Both the position numbers and the translations under genes were made by a program. A stretch of DNA of 64,000 nucleotides from the human T2T-CHM13v2.0 reference genome, Homo sapiens, in NCBI RefSeq assembly GCF_009914755.1, contig NC_060935.1, one strand, 5' to 3'. Below, piece after piece: positions 1-19,393 of this stretch. Position 1 is the stretch's first letter; every line of letters begins with the position of its first letter. The notes beneath the pieces were generated by a model. The model saw only the letters and a program-made list of their open reading frames with translations. It was not told the DNA's origin and ran no database searches.

Positions 1-830
1 TCCTTATATTCCTTGTATTGGGTTTTGACCTTCTTCTGGATGCAGATAATCTTTGTTTCTATCCATATTCTGAATTCAATTTCTATTATTTCAGTCAGTT
101 CAGCCCAGTTAAGAACCATTGCTGGGAAACTACTGTAAGTGTCTGAAAGTAGGAAAACACTCTGGCTTGTTGAGTTGCCAGTGTTCTTGTGCTGGGTCTT
201 TCTCATATGTGTGGGCTGAAGTTCCTTCAATCTTTGAAATTGCTGTCCTTTGTTTGTTTTGTTTGTTTGTTTTTGTTGTTGTTGTTTTGTTTTGCTTCTG
301 TTTTGTTTGATGCCCTGAGGGTTTTCATTGTGGTATAACGTGGGTTCAGTTGACTCAGTTTATTTCTGGAAGATTTTAGGGGCCAATGCTCAACTCGGCC
401 CTCCTGGTCTGGGAGGCCCCACTAACTCTGGGAGGCTGGTACCAGACACCCAGCTTTGTTTTCTAGCCCCATTAGGAACCTGCTGTACTGGAAGGGCTGA
501 GTTGTTCCCAGTCTCTTGGCCACCACACTCTGATGGGTGCTTCCAGCCAAAGCACTCTATTGGGACAGTGGCAGCAGGATACATGCTTGCTCACATATTG
601 CCAACAGCCATGACAGCACTGAAGGGTGCATGCACATTGGCCCTAAATGTATATCTGTCCACAAGGAGCAGAAAGACTGTCATAAGCCATGCCACCACTG
701 CCACTGCTGCACCCATTGTATGCCAGGCCCCATCATAGCCATTTGTCCGCTGTTGCCTATTGCAGCTGCTATGTCTGCCAGTCCCTGCCACAGCCACCAT
801 GTGGGCCAGTAACCACCTCAGCCATCTGCA
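1..830 (-). mobile_element. LINE-1 5' UTR/ORF1-start fragment (older primate L1, L1PA13-16-like)
   Basis: Antisense L1 5'-end sequence (ttaagaaccattgctggg...ctctggcttgttgagttgcca...ctttctcat); subfamily by recall. Confidence 0.6.
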
Positions 831-834
831 GATA

Positions 835-2785
835 TTTCCCATCCTGTATTTTATTTATCCAATTATCTGTTGATGCACAAAACTTGGCTACTGTAAATAG
901 TGCTGCAATGAACATGAGCATGTAGACATCTTTTTGAGAAACTGAGTTCAAGCGTTTTGGGTAAATTCCAGGAAATGAGATTTCTGGGTCATATGGCAAT
1001 TCTATTTTCAGTTTTTTGAGAAACTTCCTTAATATTTTCCATAATGGCTATACTAATTTTATTCCAACCAACTATATGCAATGTTACCTTTTCTCCATAT
1101 CCTTGCCAACACTTTTCTTTCTATGTTTTGTCAATAGCCATTCTGGCAAGTATGAGATGATATTTCATTATGGTTTTAATTTGTATTTCCTTAAGGATTG
1201 TAAATGTTGAGCATTTTAAAAACATTTGCTGAACATTTGTATGTTTTATTTTGAGAAATATTTATTCAGGTCCCTTGCATATTTTTAAATATTTTTTTCT
1301 TTTTCATTCTTGTTTTGTTTTCTTGCTATTGAGTTATCTGAACTCTTTGCTATTGAATTGTTAATAGTTTAAATATTAACTTACTTTATGTATGACTTGC
1401 AAATATTTTTTCCCAATCCATAGGTTGTCTCTGCAAACAGTTAATAGTTTCTTTTACTGTGCATAGCTTTTCAGTTTGATGTAATCCTATTTGCCTATCT
1501 TTGCTTTTGTTGTGTGTACTTTTGGGGCCAAATTAAAAAAATATATGGACTACACTAATGTCATGTATTTTTTTCCCATATTTTCTTCTATTAGTTCTAG
1601 AATTTCTGGTCTTACTTTCAAGCTTTTAATCCCCTTTGAGTTAATATTTGTACATGGTGTTAAATAAAGAGCCAATTTCATTCTTCTGCTTCTGGAAGTT
1701 TAGTTTTTCAATCACCATTTATTGAAAAGACTCTCCTTTTCTCCTTGAAATTTGACTACATGTATAAATTTATTTCTGGGCTATTTTGTTCCATAGATTG
1801 AAGTGGTTTTTTATTTTTATTTTTCGCCAGTACAATGCTGTTTTAGTTACTATAGCTTTGTATTATAGTTTGAAATCAGGTAGTGTGATTCCTCCAGCTA
1901 TGTTCTTTTTGTTCATAATTGTCTCAACTATTTGGGAATTTTTGTGGTTCAATATAAATTTTAGGATTTCTTTTTCTATTTCTATGAAAATAATATTAGA
2001 ATTTTGATAAGGATTGGATTGAATCTGTAGATGCTTTGAGTAGAATAAATGTTTTAACAATATTAATTTTCTGATCCATGAACATGGGATATCTTTCTTT
2101 TTATTTATGTCTTCTTCAAATTCTTTTATCAAGATCTTATACTTTTTAGTGTACAGGTCTTTACCTCCTTGGTTAAACTTATTCCTAAGTGTTTAATTTT
2201 TTAAGTGTTGTAAACAGAATTGTTCTCTTCTCTTTCATGTATGAAAACATTGTTAATTATTGTGTGTTTATTTTGTACCCTACAAATTTACTGGGTTAGT
2301 TTATTAGATCTATCAGTTTTTTGGTGGCAGTTGTAGGATTTTTTGTGTATAAGATTATGTCACCAGCAAAAACTGAAAATTTCACTTTATCATTTTCTAT
2401 TTGAATGCCTTTTATTTTATTTTCTTGCCTCATTATTCTGGCAAGAACTTCTATACTATGTTGAATAGAAGAAACAAGAGTGAGCATTCTTGTTTTGCTC
2501 CAGATCTTAAAGTAAAGGCTTTCGATTCTTCACTATTTAGTACATGTTAACTGTGTGATTATCTTACGTGAACATTACTGTGTTAAGGTAGAGTCTTTCT
2601 ATATGTAATTTGATACAAACATAGATTTCTTTGATACATAATTTCTTCTGTACATAGATTTTTTTCTATACATAATTTGGTGAGAGTTTATATCCTGAAA
2701 ATAAGTTAAATATTGTCAAATGCTCTTTCTGCATCTAATGAGATGATCATATTGCCTTTCTCCTTCATTCTGTTAATGTATTATA
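835..2785 (-). mobile_element. LINE-1 ORF2 3' half fragment (L1MA-like), degenerate
   Basis: Minus-strand ORF remnants resemble L1 ORF2p ([41 protein letters not shown] = decayed FADD motif). Confidence 0.85.
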
Positions 2786-2879
2786 GTTGTGGGATCTGTG
2801 CTTACATATTCTGTTTCATCTTTGATATTGTACATTTATGTCTTTTCTGTATTTTTTGGTAATTCTTATTAGAATTTTT

Positions 2880-3674
2880 TTAAAATTTTTTATTCCTTTA
2901 TTTATAGGTTTTTGGGGAACAGGTGGTGTTTGGTTACATGAATAAGTTCTTCAGTGGTGATTTCTAAGACTTTGGTGAACCTATCACCCAAGCAGTGTAC
3001 ACTGTACCCAATGTGTAGTATTTTATCTCTCATCAACTACTAGCCTTTTGCCCAAGTCCCCAAACAAAGTCCAATGTATAATTCTTATGCTTTTGCATCC
3101 TCATAGCTTAGCTCCCACATATGAATGAGAATATACAATGTTTGGTTTTCCATTCCTGAGTTACTTCACTTAGAATGATAGTTTCCAATTCCACCCAGGT
3201 TGCTGCAAGTGTCATTATTTTCATTATTTTATTTCTTTCTATGGCTGAGTAGTATTTCCATGATAGTAGTAGTAATATTTCACATTATCTTTATCCACTC
3301 ATTAATTGATGGGCAATGGGACTGGTTCCATATTTTTGCAATTGCAAATTTTGCTGCTATAAACATGGTTGTTTAAGTATCTTTTTCATATAATGACTTC
3401 TTTTCCTCTGGGTAGATACCACGTAGTGGGATTGCTGGATCAAATGGCAGATCTACTTTTAGTTCTTCAAGTCTTTTTCATATAAAGACTTCTCTTTCTC
3501 TGGGTAGACACCAGGTAGCGGGATTGCTGGATCAAATGGTAGATCTACTATTATTTCTTTAAGGAATCTCCACAATGTTTCTCATAGTGGCTGCACTAGT
3601 TTACATTTCCACAAACAATGTAAAAGTGTTCTTTTTTAACTGTATCCATGCCCATATCTACTATATTTTTTTCA
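2880..3674 (-). mobile_element. L1PB (L1PB1-like) 3' end, non-inverted segment part 1
   Basis: Poly-T followed by ataggtttttggggaacaggtggtgtttggttacatgaataagttc, the typical L1PB 3' UTR; continues at 10256. Confidence 0.8.
3376..3560. repeat. ~93 bp tandem duplication inside L1PB
   Basis: aagt..ctttttcatataa.gacttct..ctctgggtaga..gggattgctggatcaaatgg.agatctact occurs twice head to tail. Confidence 0.85.
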
Positions 3675-3717
3675 AGGTTTAATTGCCTTTTAATTGTCTT
3701 ATCTCTTAATTCCATTT

Positions 3718-3726
3718 ATATATGTG

Positions 3727-3778
<52 letters not shown>
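3718..3778. repeat. (TG)n/(TA)n microsatellite at L1 tail
   Basis: Direct reading. Confidence 0.95.
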
Positions 3779-10255
<6,477 letters not shown>

Positions 10256-10474
10256 TTTTCATTTTTTGATTATGACCATTCTTGCAGAAGTGAGGTGGTA
10301 TCACATTTCAGTTTTGATTTGTATTTCCCTGATAATTAGTGATGTTGAGCATTTTTCCATATGCTTGCTGGCCATTTGTACATCTTTTAATAATTGTCTA
10401 TTCATGTCCTAAGCATACCTTTTGATGGGATTATTTGTTTTTTTCTTGCTTATTTGTTTGAATTTTTTGTAGAT
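10256..10474 (-). mobile_element. L1PB non-inverted segment part 2
   Basis: ttttttgattatgaccattcttgcagaagtgaggtggtatc continues the L1PB broken at 3674. Confidence 0.8.
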
Positions 10475-11556
10475 GGCATCCAAATCAGTAAAGATGAAGT
10501 CAAACTATCACTATTTGTTGAGATATGATCATATACCTAGAAAACCCTAAAGACTCATCTAAAAATCTCTTAGAACTGGTAAATTAATTCAGCACAGTTT
10601 CAGGATACAAAATTAATGTATGCAAATTAATAGCTCTGCTAAACACCAACAGCAACCAAGCTGAGTATCAAATCAAGAACTCAACCCCTTTCACAATAGT
10701 TGCAAGAAAAAAATAAAATACAAAAATTAGAAATATACCTAACCAAGAATGTGAAAGACCTCTACAAGTAAAACTACAAAACACTGCTGAAAAGAAATCA
10801 TAGATGACACAAATGGTAACATATCCCTTGTACAGGGATGAGTAGAATCAATATTGTGAAAATAACCATACTGCCAAAAGCAGTCTACAAATTCAATGAA
10901 ATTCTCATCAAAATACCACTATCATTCTTCGCAGAACTAGGAAAAAACAATCCTAAAATTCATATGGAGCCTAAAAAGTGCCTGAATAGCCAAAGCAAGA
11001 CAAATCAAAAAAGAACAAATCTGGAGGCATCACATTACTCAACTTCAAACTATACTATAAGGCCATAGTCGCCAAAACAGTATGGTACTAGTATGAAAAT
11101 AGGCACATAGACCAATGGAACAGAACCACAAACTCAGAAATAAAGCCAAATCATTACAGACAAATGATCTGTGACAAAGCAAACAAAAACACAAAGTGGG
11201 GGAAAGGACACCCTATTCAACAAATGGTGCTGGGATAATTGACAAGCCACATGGAGAGGAATGAAACTGGATTCCCATCTCGCACCTTATACAAAAATCA
11301 ACTCAAGATGGATCAAAGACTTAAATCTAAGACCTGAAACCATAAAGATTCTAGAAGATAACATTGGAAAAACCCTTCCAGACATTGTCTTAGGAAAGAC
11401 TTCATGACCAAGAATCCTATAGCAAATGTAACAAAAACAAATATAAATAGATGAGACTTAATTAAACTAAAAAGCTTCTGTACAGCAAAAGAAATAATAA
11501 GTAGAGTTAACAGACAACCCACAGAATGGGAGAAAATCAGAATCTATACATCTAAC
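10475..11556 (+). mobile_element. Inverted L1PB ORF2 segment (twin priming)
   Basis: Plus-strand ORF2 (RINIVKITILPKAVYKFN); ends just upstream, in L1 coordinates, of where the minus segment begins. Confidence 0.85.
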
Positions 11557-11649
11557 TTAGAGGTTTCTCAATTGAACTAAATTAAGAAAAACTAGCTCTT
11601 TGTATTACTTATTTTCTGTTTTTTTCAACTTCCTTGTTTTTGTGGCTGT

Positions 11650-12010
11650 TTTGTTTTTATTGTGGTAAGACATAAATAACCTAAAATTTATCATTTTAAC
11701 CATTTTTAAGTATACAGTTCATGGCACTAAGTGCATCAACATTATTGTGCAACCATCATCACATCCAACTTCAGAACTTTTTCATTTTACCGAAGTGAAT
11801 CTTCATACCTAATAAAGAATATCATCTCATTCTTTCTCCCCTAGTAATATGGAAACTACCACATTACTTTCATTCTCTATAAATTTGATAACTCAAGGCA
11901 ATTCATATAAATGGAATCATACAATATTTGTCCTTCTCTGACTGGCTTTTTTCACTTAACATAATGTCATCAAGATTCATCCACGTTGTAATATATGTTC
12001 AAATTTTCAA
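11650..12010 (-). mobile_element. Old L1 (L1MB-like) 3' UTR fragment
   Basis: tttatcattttaaccatttttaagtatacagttcatggcactaagt...aatggaatcatacaatatttgtcc. Confidence 0.75.
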
Positions 12011-13747
12011 CTTCTGAATTTATACTCTTTATTATTTTCTTCTTTCTTTCTGCTTGCCCTGTGTTTTTTCCCTCCTTCTTCTTCATCTAGATTCTGCAGA
12101 TGGGAGCTTATTGATTTGAGCCATGTTTCCTCATTTTCTAATGTAAGCATTTAGTGCTGTATAATATAAGCACTTAGAGCTCTTAGAACTCAGAAGCTGT
12201 GCCTCCAAGTATTGATATGGTGTGTTTTCACTGTTGCTCATTTTAATTATTTTAAACATTTCCTTGGAGACTTTCTGCTTGATTTATAGATTATTTATAA
12301 GTGTGTTACTTAGCTTCTGAGTATTGGGAAATTATTCTGCTATTTTTCTGTTATTAATTTCAAGTTTAATTCTATTGCAATCATAGAATACTCCGTGTGA
12401 TTTCATTTTTATTTTAATTTGTCAAGGGATATTTTATGGCCAAGGAAATTGTCTATATTGGTACACTTTTTATAGGTGCTTGAAGAGATTCTGTATTCCA
12501 CTAATGCTGGGTGAGTTTTCTATAAGTGTTGATTAGATCCAGTGAGTTGATGAATTTTTTGTATCTTTAGTGTTTTTATTGCCTAGTTTTTCTAACAACT
12601 GTTAAGGGAGTAATAATGAAGCCTCCAAACATAATTATGGATTTGCCTATTTGTCTTCCAGGTTCTATCAATTTTGCTTCATATATTTTGCAGCTATGTT
12701 GTTTGGCACATATATATTTAAAATATGTCTTTTTTGGTAGATTGATTCCTTTATAATTATGTCATATTCTTATCTGTCTCTGGTAATTTTCTGTGCTTGA
12801 ATAACTTCTTTATTCAACATTAATATGTCCACTTTTTTCTTTAAATTAATGTTTGCATGACATATCTTTTTCCAATTATTACATTTCAAATTTTCTATAT
12901 TATATTTGATATGAATTTTTTGTAGACAACATATGATTGGGCTTAATTTTTTTAAATACAATCTACCCATTTTTTTCTTAATTACTATATTTAGACTGTT
13001 GGTATTTAATGTAATTATTGAAGTATTAGAGCTTAAGTCAGTCATTTGATTTTTTTATTGTTTCTCTGTTTCATTTATCTTGTCTTCCTGTGAACTACTT
13101 AAATATTTCTTAGAGTTCCATACTGGTTTTATATAGTATATTTTAGTATATCTCTTTGTTTAGCTTTATTAGTGGTTGTTTTCTATATGACACCATACCT
13201 ACATAAATTATCATGAACTTCTGGTATTGCTGTTTTACAATTCAAGTGATGTATGAAAATCTTACCTCATTTTATATAGCTTTACCTTTAACATTTATAA
13301 TATAATTATCTTAAATATTTTTTGTACAGACATTGAGAACCACAATAAAAAGTGTTTTTGTTTCAAGTGCCAAAAATAATTTTAAAAACTCAAGAGAAGA
13401 AAAATGTGCTTACTCATACTTTTATTCTTTCTGTTGTTCTCTTCCTATTTGATGTTCTAAGCTTCCTTTCTCTACCTTTTCCTTTGTTTCAAAAAATTTT
13501 TAGTCTTTCTTAAACAAAGGCTTTTGATGAAAATTCCCTTAGTTTTTTCTTCATCTGAGAATGTCTTGATTTCCTTTTTATTCCTGAATAATATTTTTGC
13601 TGAATGTGGAATTTGGATTAGTAGTTATTTTCTTTAGGCACTTAAAATATACTGTGTCACTTATTTTTGGCCTCTATGATTTATAGTGAGAAACCCACTG
13701 CCATCCAAATTCTTTCCTTCTTTCTTCCTTCCTTCCTTCCTTCCTTC

Positions 13748-13809
<62 letters not shown>

Positions 13810-14450
13810 CTCTTTCTCTCTTTCTTCTTTCTTTCTTTTTCTCTTTCTTTTCTTTTTCTTTTGTCTCTCTCTCTCTCTTTATTTCTTTCTCCTCTTTCCT
13901 TTTTTTCTTTCTATGTAAGGTATTCCTTTTTTCCTGGTTCAAATTTTTTTCTTTGTTTTAGTGTTCCACATTTTGTCTATGTTGTTTTGGCATGGATTTA
14001 TTTGTCGTTATCCACTATAAAGTATACTTCGGTTCTTAACTCCAGGTTTCTATTTTTGGTCTAATATTGGAAAGTTTCTAGTCATTATATCTTCAAGTAT
14101 TTTTTCAGTCAACCCTCTTTCTCATCTTCTTCCAAAACTTCAGTGACATGAAGCTTAGATTATTTGTTATTATGCTACAGGTCCCTGAGGCTCTATTTCT
14201 CTTTTTTTCTGTTTATTTTTTGTCTTTTTTAAAAGGTGATTAATTTATATTGTTCTATCTTCAAGTTCATTGTTTATTTCCTTTATCCTTCTATTCTGCC
14301 TTTATCCTCATCCATACAGTTATTTACTGTGGTTATAATAATTTTCCACTTTAAAATTTCTATTTGATTCTTCTTTATATCTTGTTTTCTTTGTAGACAC
14401 TTTCTATTTTCCCATGGTTGCAAACATTTTTTTGCTGTTCATTGTGCATT
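12010..14450 (-). mobile_element. Ancient L1M (L1MC/ME-like) ORF1/EN region; host of the nested stack
   Basis: EN remnant (SIITLNTNSLN, IICCLQKIH, WKKICHAN) at 12770-13045; continuous with 2790-2873 and 11557-11650. Confidence 0.7.
13712..13912. repeat. (TTCC)n(TTTC)n polypyrimidine microsatellite
   Basis: Direct reading. Confidence 0.95.
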
Positions 14451-14474
14451 TTGTCATATTAACACGTTAAAAAT

Positions 14475-14660
14475 ACCCCCTTGTAAATTGGCCCTATGTT
14501 GTTTATTTTTTTTTACAACAGGCTTGGACCTGTTTGCTCAAAAGCCTACCAGGTCCTAACTTAAATTTTTACACATTCAATTGTTTTAAATGGCCCCCCA
14601 AAAATATTTTTAGTCATTTATAGCCTTCCAGCTTTGCATATCTCCTTGAAATTGCACTGG
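14475..14660 (+). mobile_element. ERVL LTR fragment (MER54-like)
   Basis: aaatttttacacattcaattgttttaaa...tttttagtcatttatagcc...ctttgcata resembles MER54 by recall. Confidence 0.45.
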
Positions 14661-17600
14661 ATTTTTTCTGACATTGCTCTGACAGAGGAAGAGTGGGTCA
14701 TACTCAGGTGGAGACACAAACTAACTTTCCCCACTCAGAATTGGTTGACATCTAAGGAGTATTTCCATCTTATTGTGGGGTGGAGTTCAGAGTTCTGGCT
14801 CACCGGCAGATCTTTGCTTAGAGGAAGGGGCTTGGAAAAAGCATGAATGCAGTATTAGTACACTTGTAGCATTCACTGACCTCATGGAAGTGGCTTTATT
14901 ACTGCTGGGCAGTGGTAAAGGCCCTGGCTGTCTGCCAGGCTTCCTTTGACACCACTACTCTTAGCAGGGTGAGGAGGGATAGAATGTCATGGCTTTCTAC
15001 TCAACCTTCTCGGATACTATCTTGGTAGATGGGTTGGGACACATGTTACAACATGGTAAGTGTGGAACTCTTGGCTTCACTCTCAAGCTTTGCTTATGTG
15101 ACTGGAAGGGAGACATATTGTTCTATGTGGCATTTCATTGGAATAGAGCACTTATTGTCTTAAAGACTTTGGTCTTATTAGCATGGTTTTTTGGGGCTTT
15201 GTTTTTGTAGGAACCTGTTAGTGTTTCTGGGTGCCAGCTTCTTCACCTTCAAGCTTGGGTTATATGAGAAAAAAAAAAAACAACCACCCGGTAAACTCAT
15301 CATTGTGCCATTTCTTGAGGCCTGAGGGCTCTAGCTTGCCTTCTTATTTAAACTTTTTAGATTAGTTTAGATTATTATTATTGTTGTTGTTTTATGTATG
15401 ATCACAATAGTCGGAGAAATATGGAGGAAGGCATTTAGTCCATCTCTTCATCTTCCCAGGTCAAAAGTGTCTATTTTCTTTTAAGATCAAAATATAAATA
15501 CCGGTGAATTTTCCTAATTACTTTACTTCCCTTGACGATGATGCTCCTTTCTTTTTAGTTTCCCAGGCACTTTTACTGTAACTTTTTTCTTTCTTTTTAT
15601 CACTGTCTCTACAAACTAGACATGTTAAATTATGAAACTCCTCAGGGCACATGCTTTGCCTTATTCCTTTCTATGTTCTTTCGTGCCTGGCTAAATAGTT
15701 TGAATTTGGTAGCCAATGGTTGTTTTGTTTCAATTAATGAATGTTTAAATTAATGAATGTATGGTATAGGCTCTCAAGATTATTTTAAGACTCAGGTCTC
15801 ACCTTCTCCAGAGAGGTTTCTATGAAATCTCTAAACTGAGATAATCCCCTACAAAAGACTCTCACACTATCTTTTATGTCTCTCTATCATTGTTTCACTT
15901 TATCATCATTGAGTTTTACCCCTCTATCACACGGTAAGAACAATATTTTTGACTCTTCCATTTCTTATGGACACCATTGGTCATAGATTAAAAGTTGTGT
16001 GAAATAACCATGTTGGTTTTGACTTATGGTTCACAGGTATTTCTAGAACTTAGCGTAGTCATTGAGTACAGAGTAGATATCAATAAAATTTGTTGACTAA
16101 ATGAATGAATTTTTAAAAATTAATAAAAAGATAATAGAAAGTCAACATATTGTGAATGATAGCATGTATCTGTTGCATATGCTACATGAACAAAATTTAT
16201 CCAATTTTCCTTCTCACAAATGTCAAATTTTCCTCTCTAATTTCACAATTTTTGAATTACACATTTTTTCTAATTACATTAACATAAGTTTTGCTGCATA
16301 ACTTTTTTCATGAACCATTTCAGCAGCTGAATAGTGAACTTGTTTGTGAGTTACCTATATAGATTTTTTCCAAATGCCTTCAATAATTTTATTGTGTATC
16401 TGGAATTGTTTATGAGATAGAAAGAAATGAAAAGAGAGAGCTTTTTCATGAGACAAGTGTCAGTAAACCAAATCTGAAGGTCTCTATGGAAGACTAATCT
16501 ATATATTTCACTTTACTTACTAGTCTTCTAAATGGCCAACCTATTGTTATTCCCTTTATAACTCAATAATGCTTCATAAATGATTTCTTAATATTTTATC
16601 TCCAAGTCTGAAATGCATATCGAAAGCTCCAAACCCCACAATAATAAAATATTCTAGAAGAGTGATTTTAAGTGTTATAAGATTCCCATATGAACACACA
16701 TCTACTAAATTTATAGTTAAATTATTTAACCTCTTTTTTTGCATGTTAGTTTTCTAAGTGTGGCTGAGAGTGAGGCAGGTAAAAATATCTGTGAGGCAAA
16801 AATATTTCTTCTTTACACAAAGCCCCATGGAGAGATAGTAAATGACAAAATGTTATAGAAGGAGAGCAAAAAGATTCTTTTGAAATCACAATGTCACAAA
16901 AAAAAGAAGCAGATTCTGTTCCCCTAACATAATCCATTGACAGTCATTCTATTATATGAAATTGAGGTTCGGCCTTGGTATTTGACATCTGCTCTGGAGG
17001 TTATATTTTAGAAGCTCTATCTTAAACATATGGGACAGGTGAAATATAGATGTTTTGATATTGCCATAGTCTTTATAACATACATATCCTACTAGGTTCC
17101 ATGAAGTTGGAACATATGAATTGTATGTGAAAAAATAAAGATGGCATTTTCCAAAGAATCATTTATACCGATGTAACATTCTACACAATTTTAAAAAAAC
17201 ACAGTTTAGAAAAGAAGAAAAAATTCATCTGAAATTTGTATCTTATTAGAGCTGATTTGTGAAAGAATTAAAGAAGATTATTATTCAGCATTTAACTACT
17301 GGAAACTATGGGCACAGCTTGTATTAAATAATCAGGAAAATGCAATTAAATAGTAGCAATCTTTTCTCAGCCCAAGGTATCTTTGTTTTCAGCATGTCAC
17401 AACCACATCTACTTATAAGTATTGATTAGTTACTAGCAGACCCTAAAGATTGTAACAAATATTCTTTATATGATTTATATTATAACATTGCCTTATCTAT
17501 TGATAGGCGTCCATTTAAAGATAGCTATATGTTTCTGCAAATATTGTAATGAATACTGAGGGTTGCTTTAAAACACATGAATTGTATATTTACTACTTGA

Positions 17601-18257
17601 GAATGTAGTCTATATAAAGTCAGAAACAATTAGGTAAACACATATTTTCTTCAGCCTTTGCTACAGGTTTTGGCACTACACAGGGTATAAGCTCTTATCT
17701 AAGTCAAGAGACCTATTTTAATCATTAATGGAATCCCTGGCATTTCACTCAGTTCCAGACAAAAAGTTGGTGCTCAATGAAAGTGATTTGTTTAATTTAA
17801 CCAAATTGACGAATACGGCTGTTTAAACTTGGCATGGGCCCACATGGCCATCTGTAGAATTAAATAATGTATGTGATGCAATGAAATATGTTTTCATTCA
17901 ATCCATAGAGAATGCCCAGTTTATACTTTTTCTTTCTTGATTCTGAAGAAAATGATCTACCTTATTTGATAAATCATCACAGTGGTCAACAAACCTATTA
18001 CTCTTTCATACTTTTGAGAATTTTCTTTAAGATTTGAAAAGGTAGGTATTTGTGTAATAAAGATTGATTTGTTTGAAAACTAGTACAATAACTCAGCCTG
18101 TATGATAAAATGTGTAGCTACTGCATAACTGATTCATTCAGGTACCACTCTATTTAATCATCATACTAAGCACACTACTAATTTCACGTCAAACAACTGG
18201 CATTTAACTAGAAAAAATATGCTTACATGCATTTAACTAGAAAATTATGCTTACGCA

Positions 18258-18407
18258 TTTTTTTTTTTTTTTTGGATTTTTTTTTTTAGTAGAGATGGGG
18301 TTTGACCATGTTGGCCAGGCTGGTCTCAAACTCCTGACCTCAGATGATTCACCCGCCTCAGCCTCTTAAAGTGCTGGGATTACAAGAATGAGCCACAGTG
18401 CCTGGCA
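18258..18407 (-). mobile_element. Alu left monomer ending in an expanded poly-T at the mid-linker
   Basis: T-tracts then tagtagagatggggtttgaccatgttggccagg...gagccacagtgcctggc. Confidence 0.9.
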
Positions 18408-19090
18408 TGTTTTTTTGTTTGTTTGTTTGTTTTTCATTCAACAAATATTTATTGAATGCCCACTGAGGGTTAGTTACCAGAGCTGCAATGGTGAGTAAAT
18501 AGGCCTATCTTTGTCCCCAAGAATCTTACAACACAGTCTCACCCTCCAGCATCTGGTTTCGTAGACTGGATGTGTCTGCCAGTAGGTGAATGGTGGTCGC
18601 AGGAGACAACCTGGGGAACGCGATCCTGCTGAACACGGACCACAAAGGGGTGCGTTCTCCCAGGTCCTGCCTTTCCCATCCTCACTCCCATCTCGGTTCT
18701 GTGTCCCCACAGGAACCAAGCTCTTCTCTGCAGCTTTGGAATCTCAGAATGCACAAAAGAAAAGTGATGCAAGTGGCCCCGAACCCATGCTGTGATTGGT
18801 TCCTGGCCACAGCCTCCGTAGATCAAACAGTGAAAATCTGGGACCTCTGCCAGGTTAGAGGGAAAGCCAGCTTGCTCTACTCGCTACCGCACAGGCATGC
18901 TGTCAACGCAGGTGTAATATGCCAGATCTCATCTCTCCTGCAGTCCCTGCCTATCTGACTACTGCTGCGGTTTTCCCTCAGCGTGGAAGCCACTATGTCA
19001 AACCTTTACCCCTGATAGCGCCTGCCAAGCTGATGTCTGGTAACTTTTCTGGCTCTGGCTGTCCCCATCAGCTGCTGAGTTTCCAGAATG

Positions 19091-19393
19091 TTTTTGTTTT
19101 GTTTTGTTTTTGAGACGGAGTCATACTCTGTCGCCTAGGCTGGAGTGCAGTGCACGATCTTGGCTCACTGCAACCTCCCACTCCCGGGTTCAAGCAGTTC
19201 TCCTGCCTCAGCCTCCTGTGTAGATGGGATTACATGCCCGCACCACCACGCCCGGCTTTTTATTTTTTATTTTTTTTAAGATGGAGTTTCACTGTGTTGG
19301 CCAGGCTGGTCTTGAACTCCTGACCTCAAGTGATCCGCCGGCCTCAGCCTCCCAAAGTGCTGGGATTACACGTGTGAGCCACCGTACCCAGCC
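19091..19393 (-). mobile_element. AluS within the DDB2-derived intron
   Basis: Full dimer flanked by cagaat(g)tttt TSD. Confidence 0.92.

Noticed and set aside
13661-14064. K/E/R-rich and F/S/L-rich ORFs
   Set aside because: Translations of the (TTTC)n microsatellite
18590-18958. 122 aa ORF with WD40 (DDB2) similarity as a functional CDS
   Set aside because: It opens at an internal Met right after a stop and reads through the 84 nt intron only because that is a multiple of 3. It covers about two WD blades, has lost the WDxR arginine, and has no promoter evidence.
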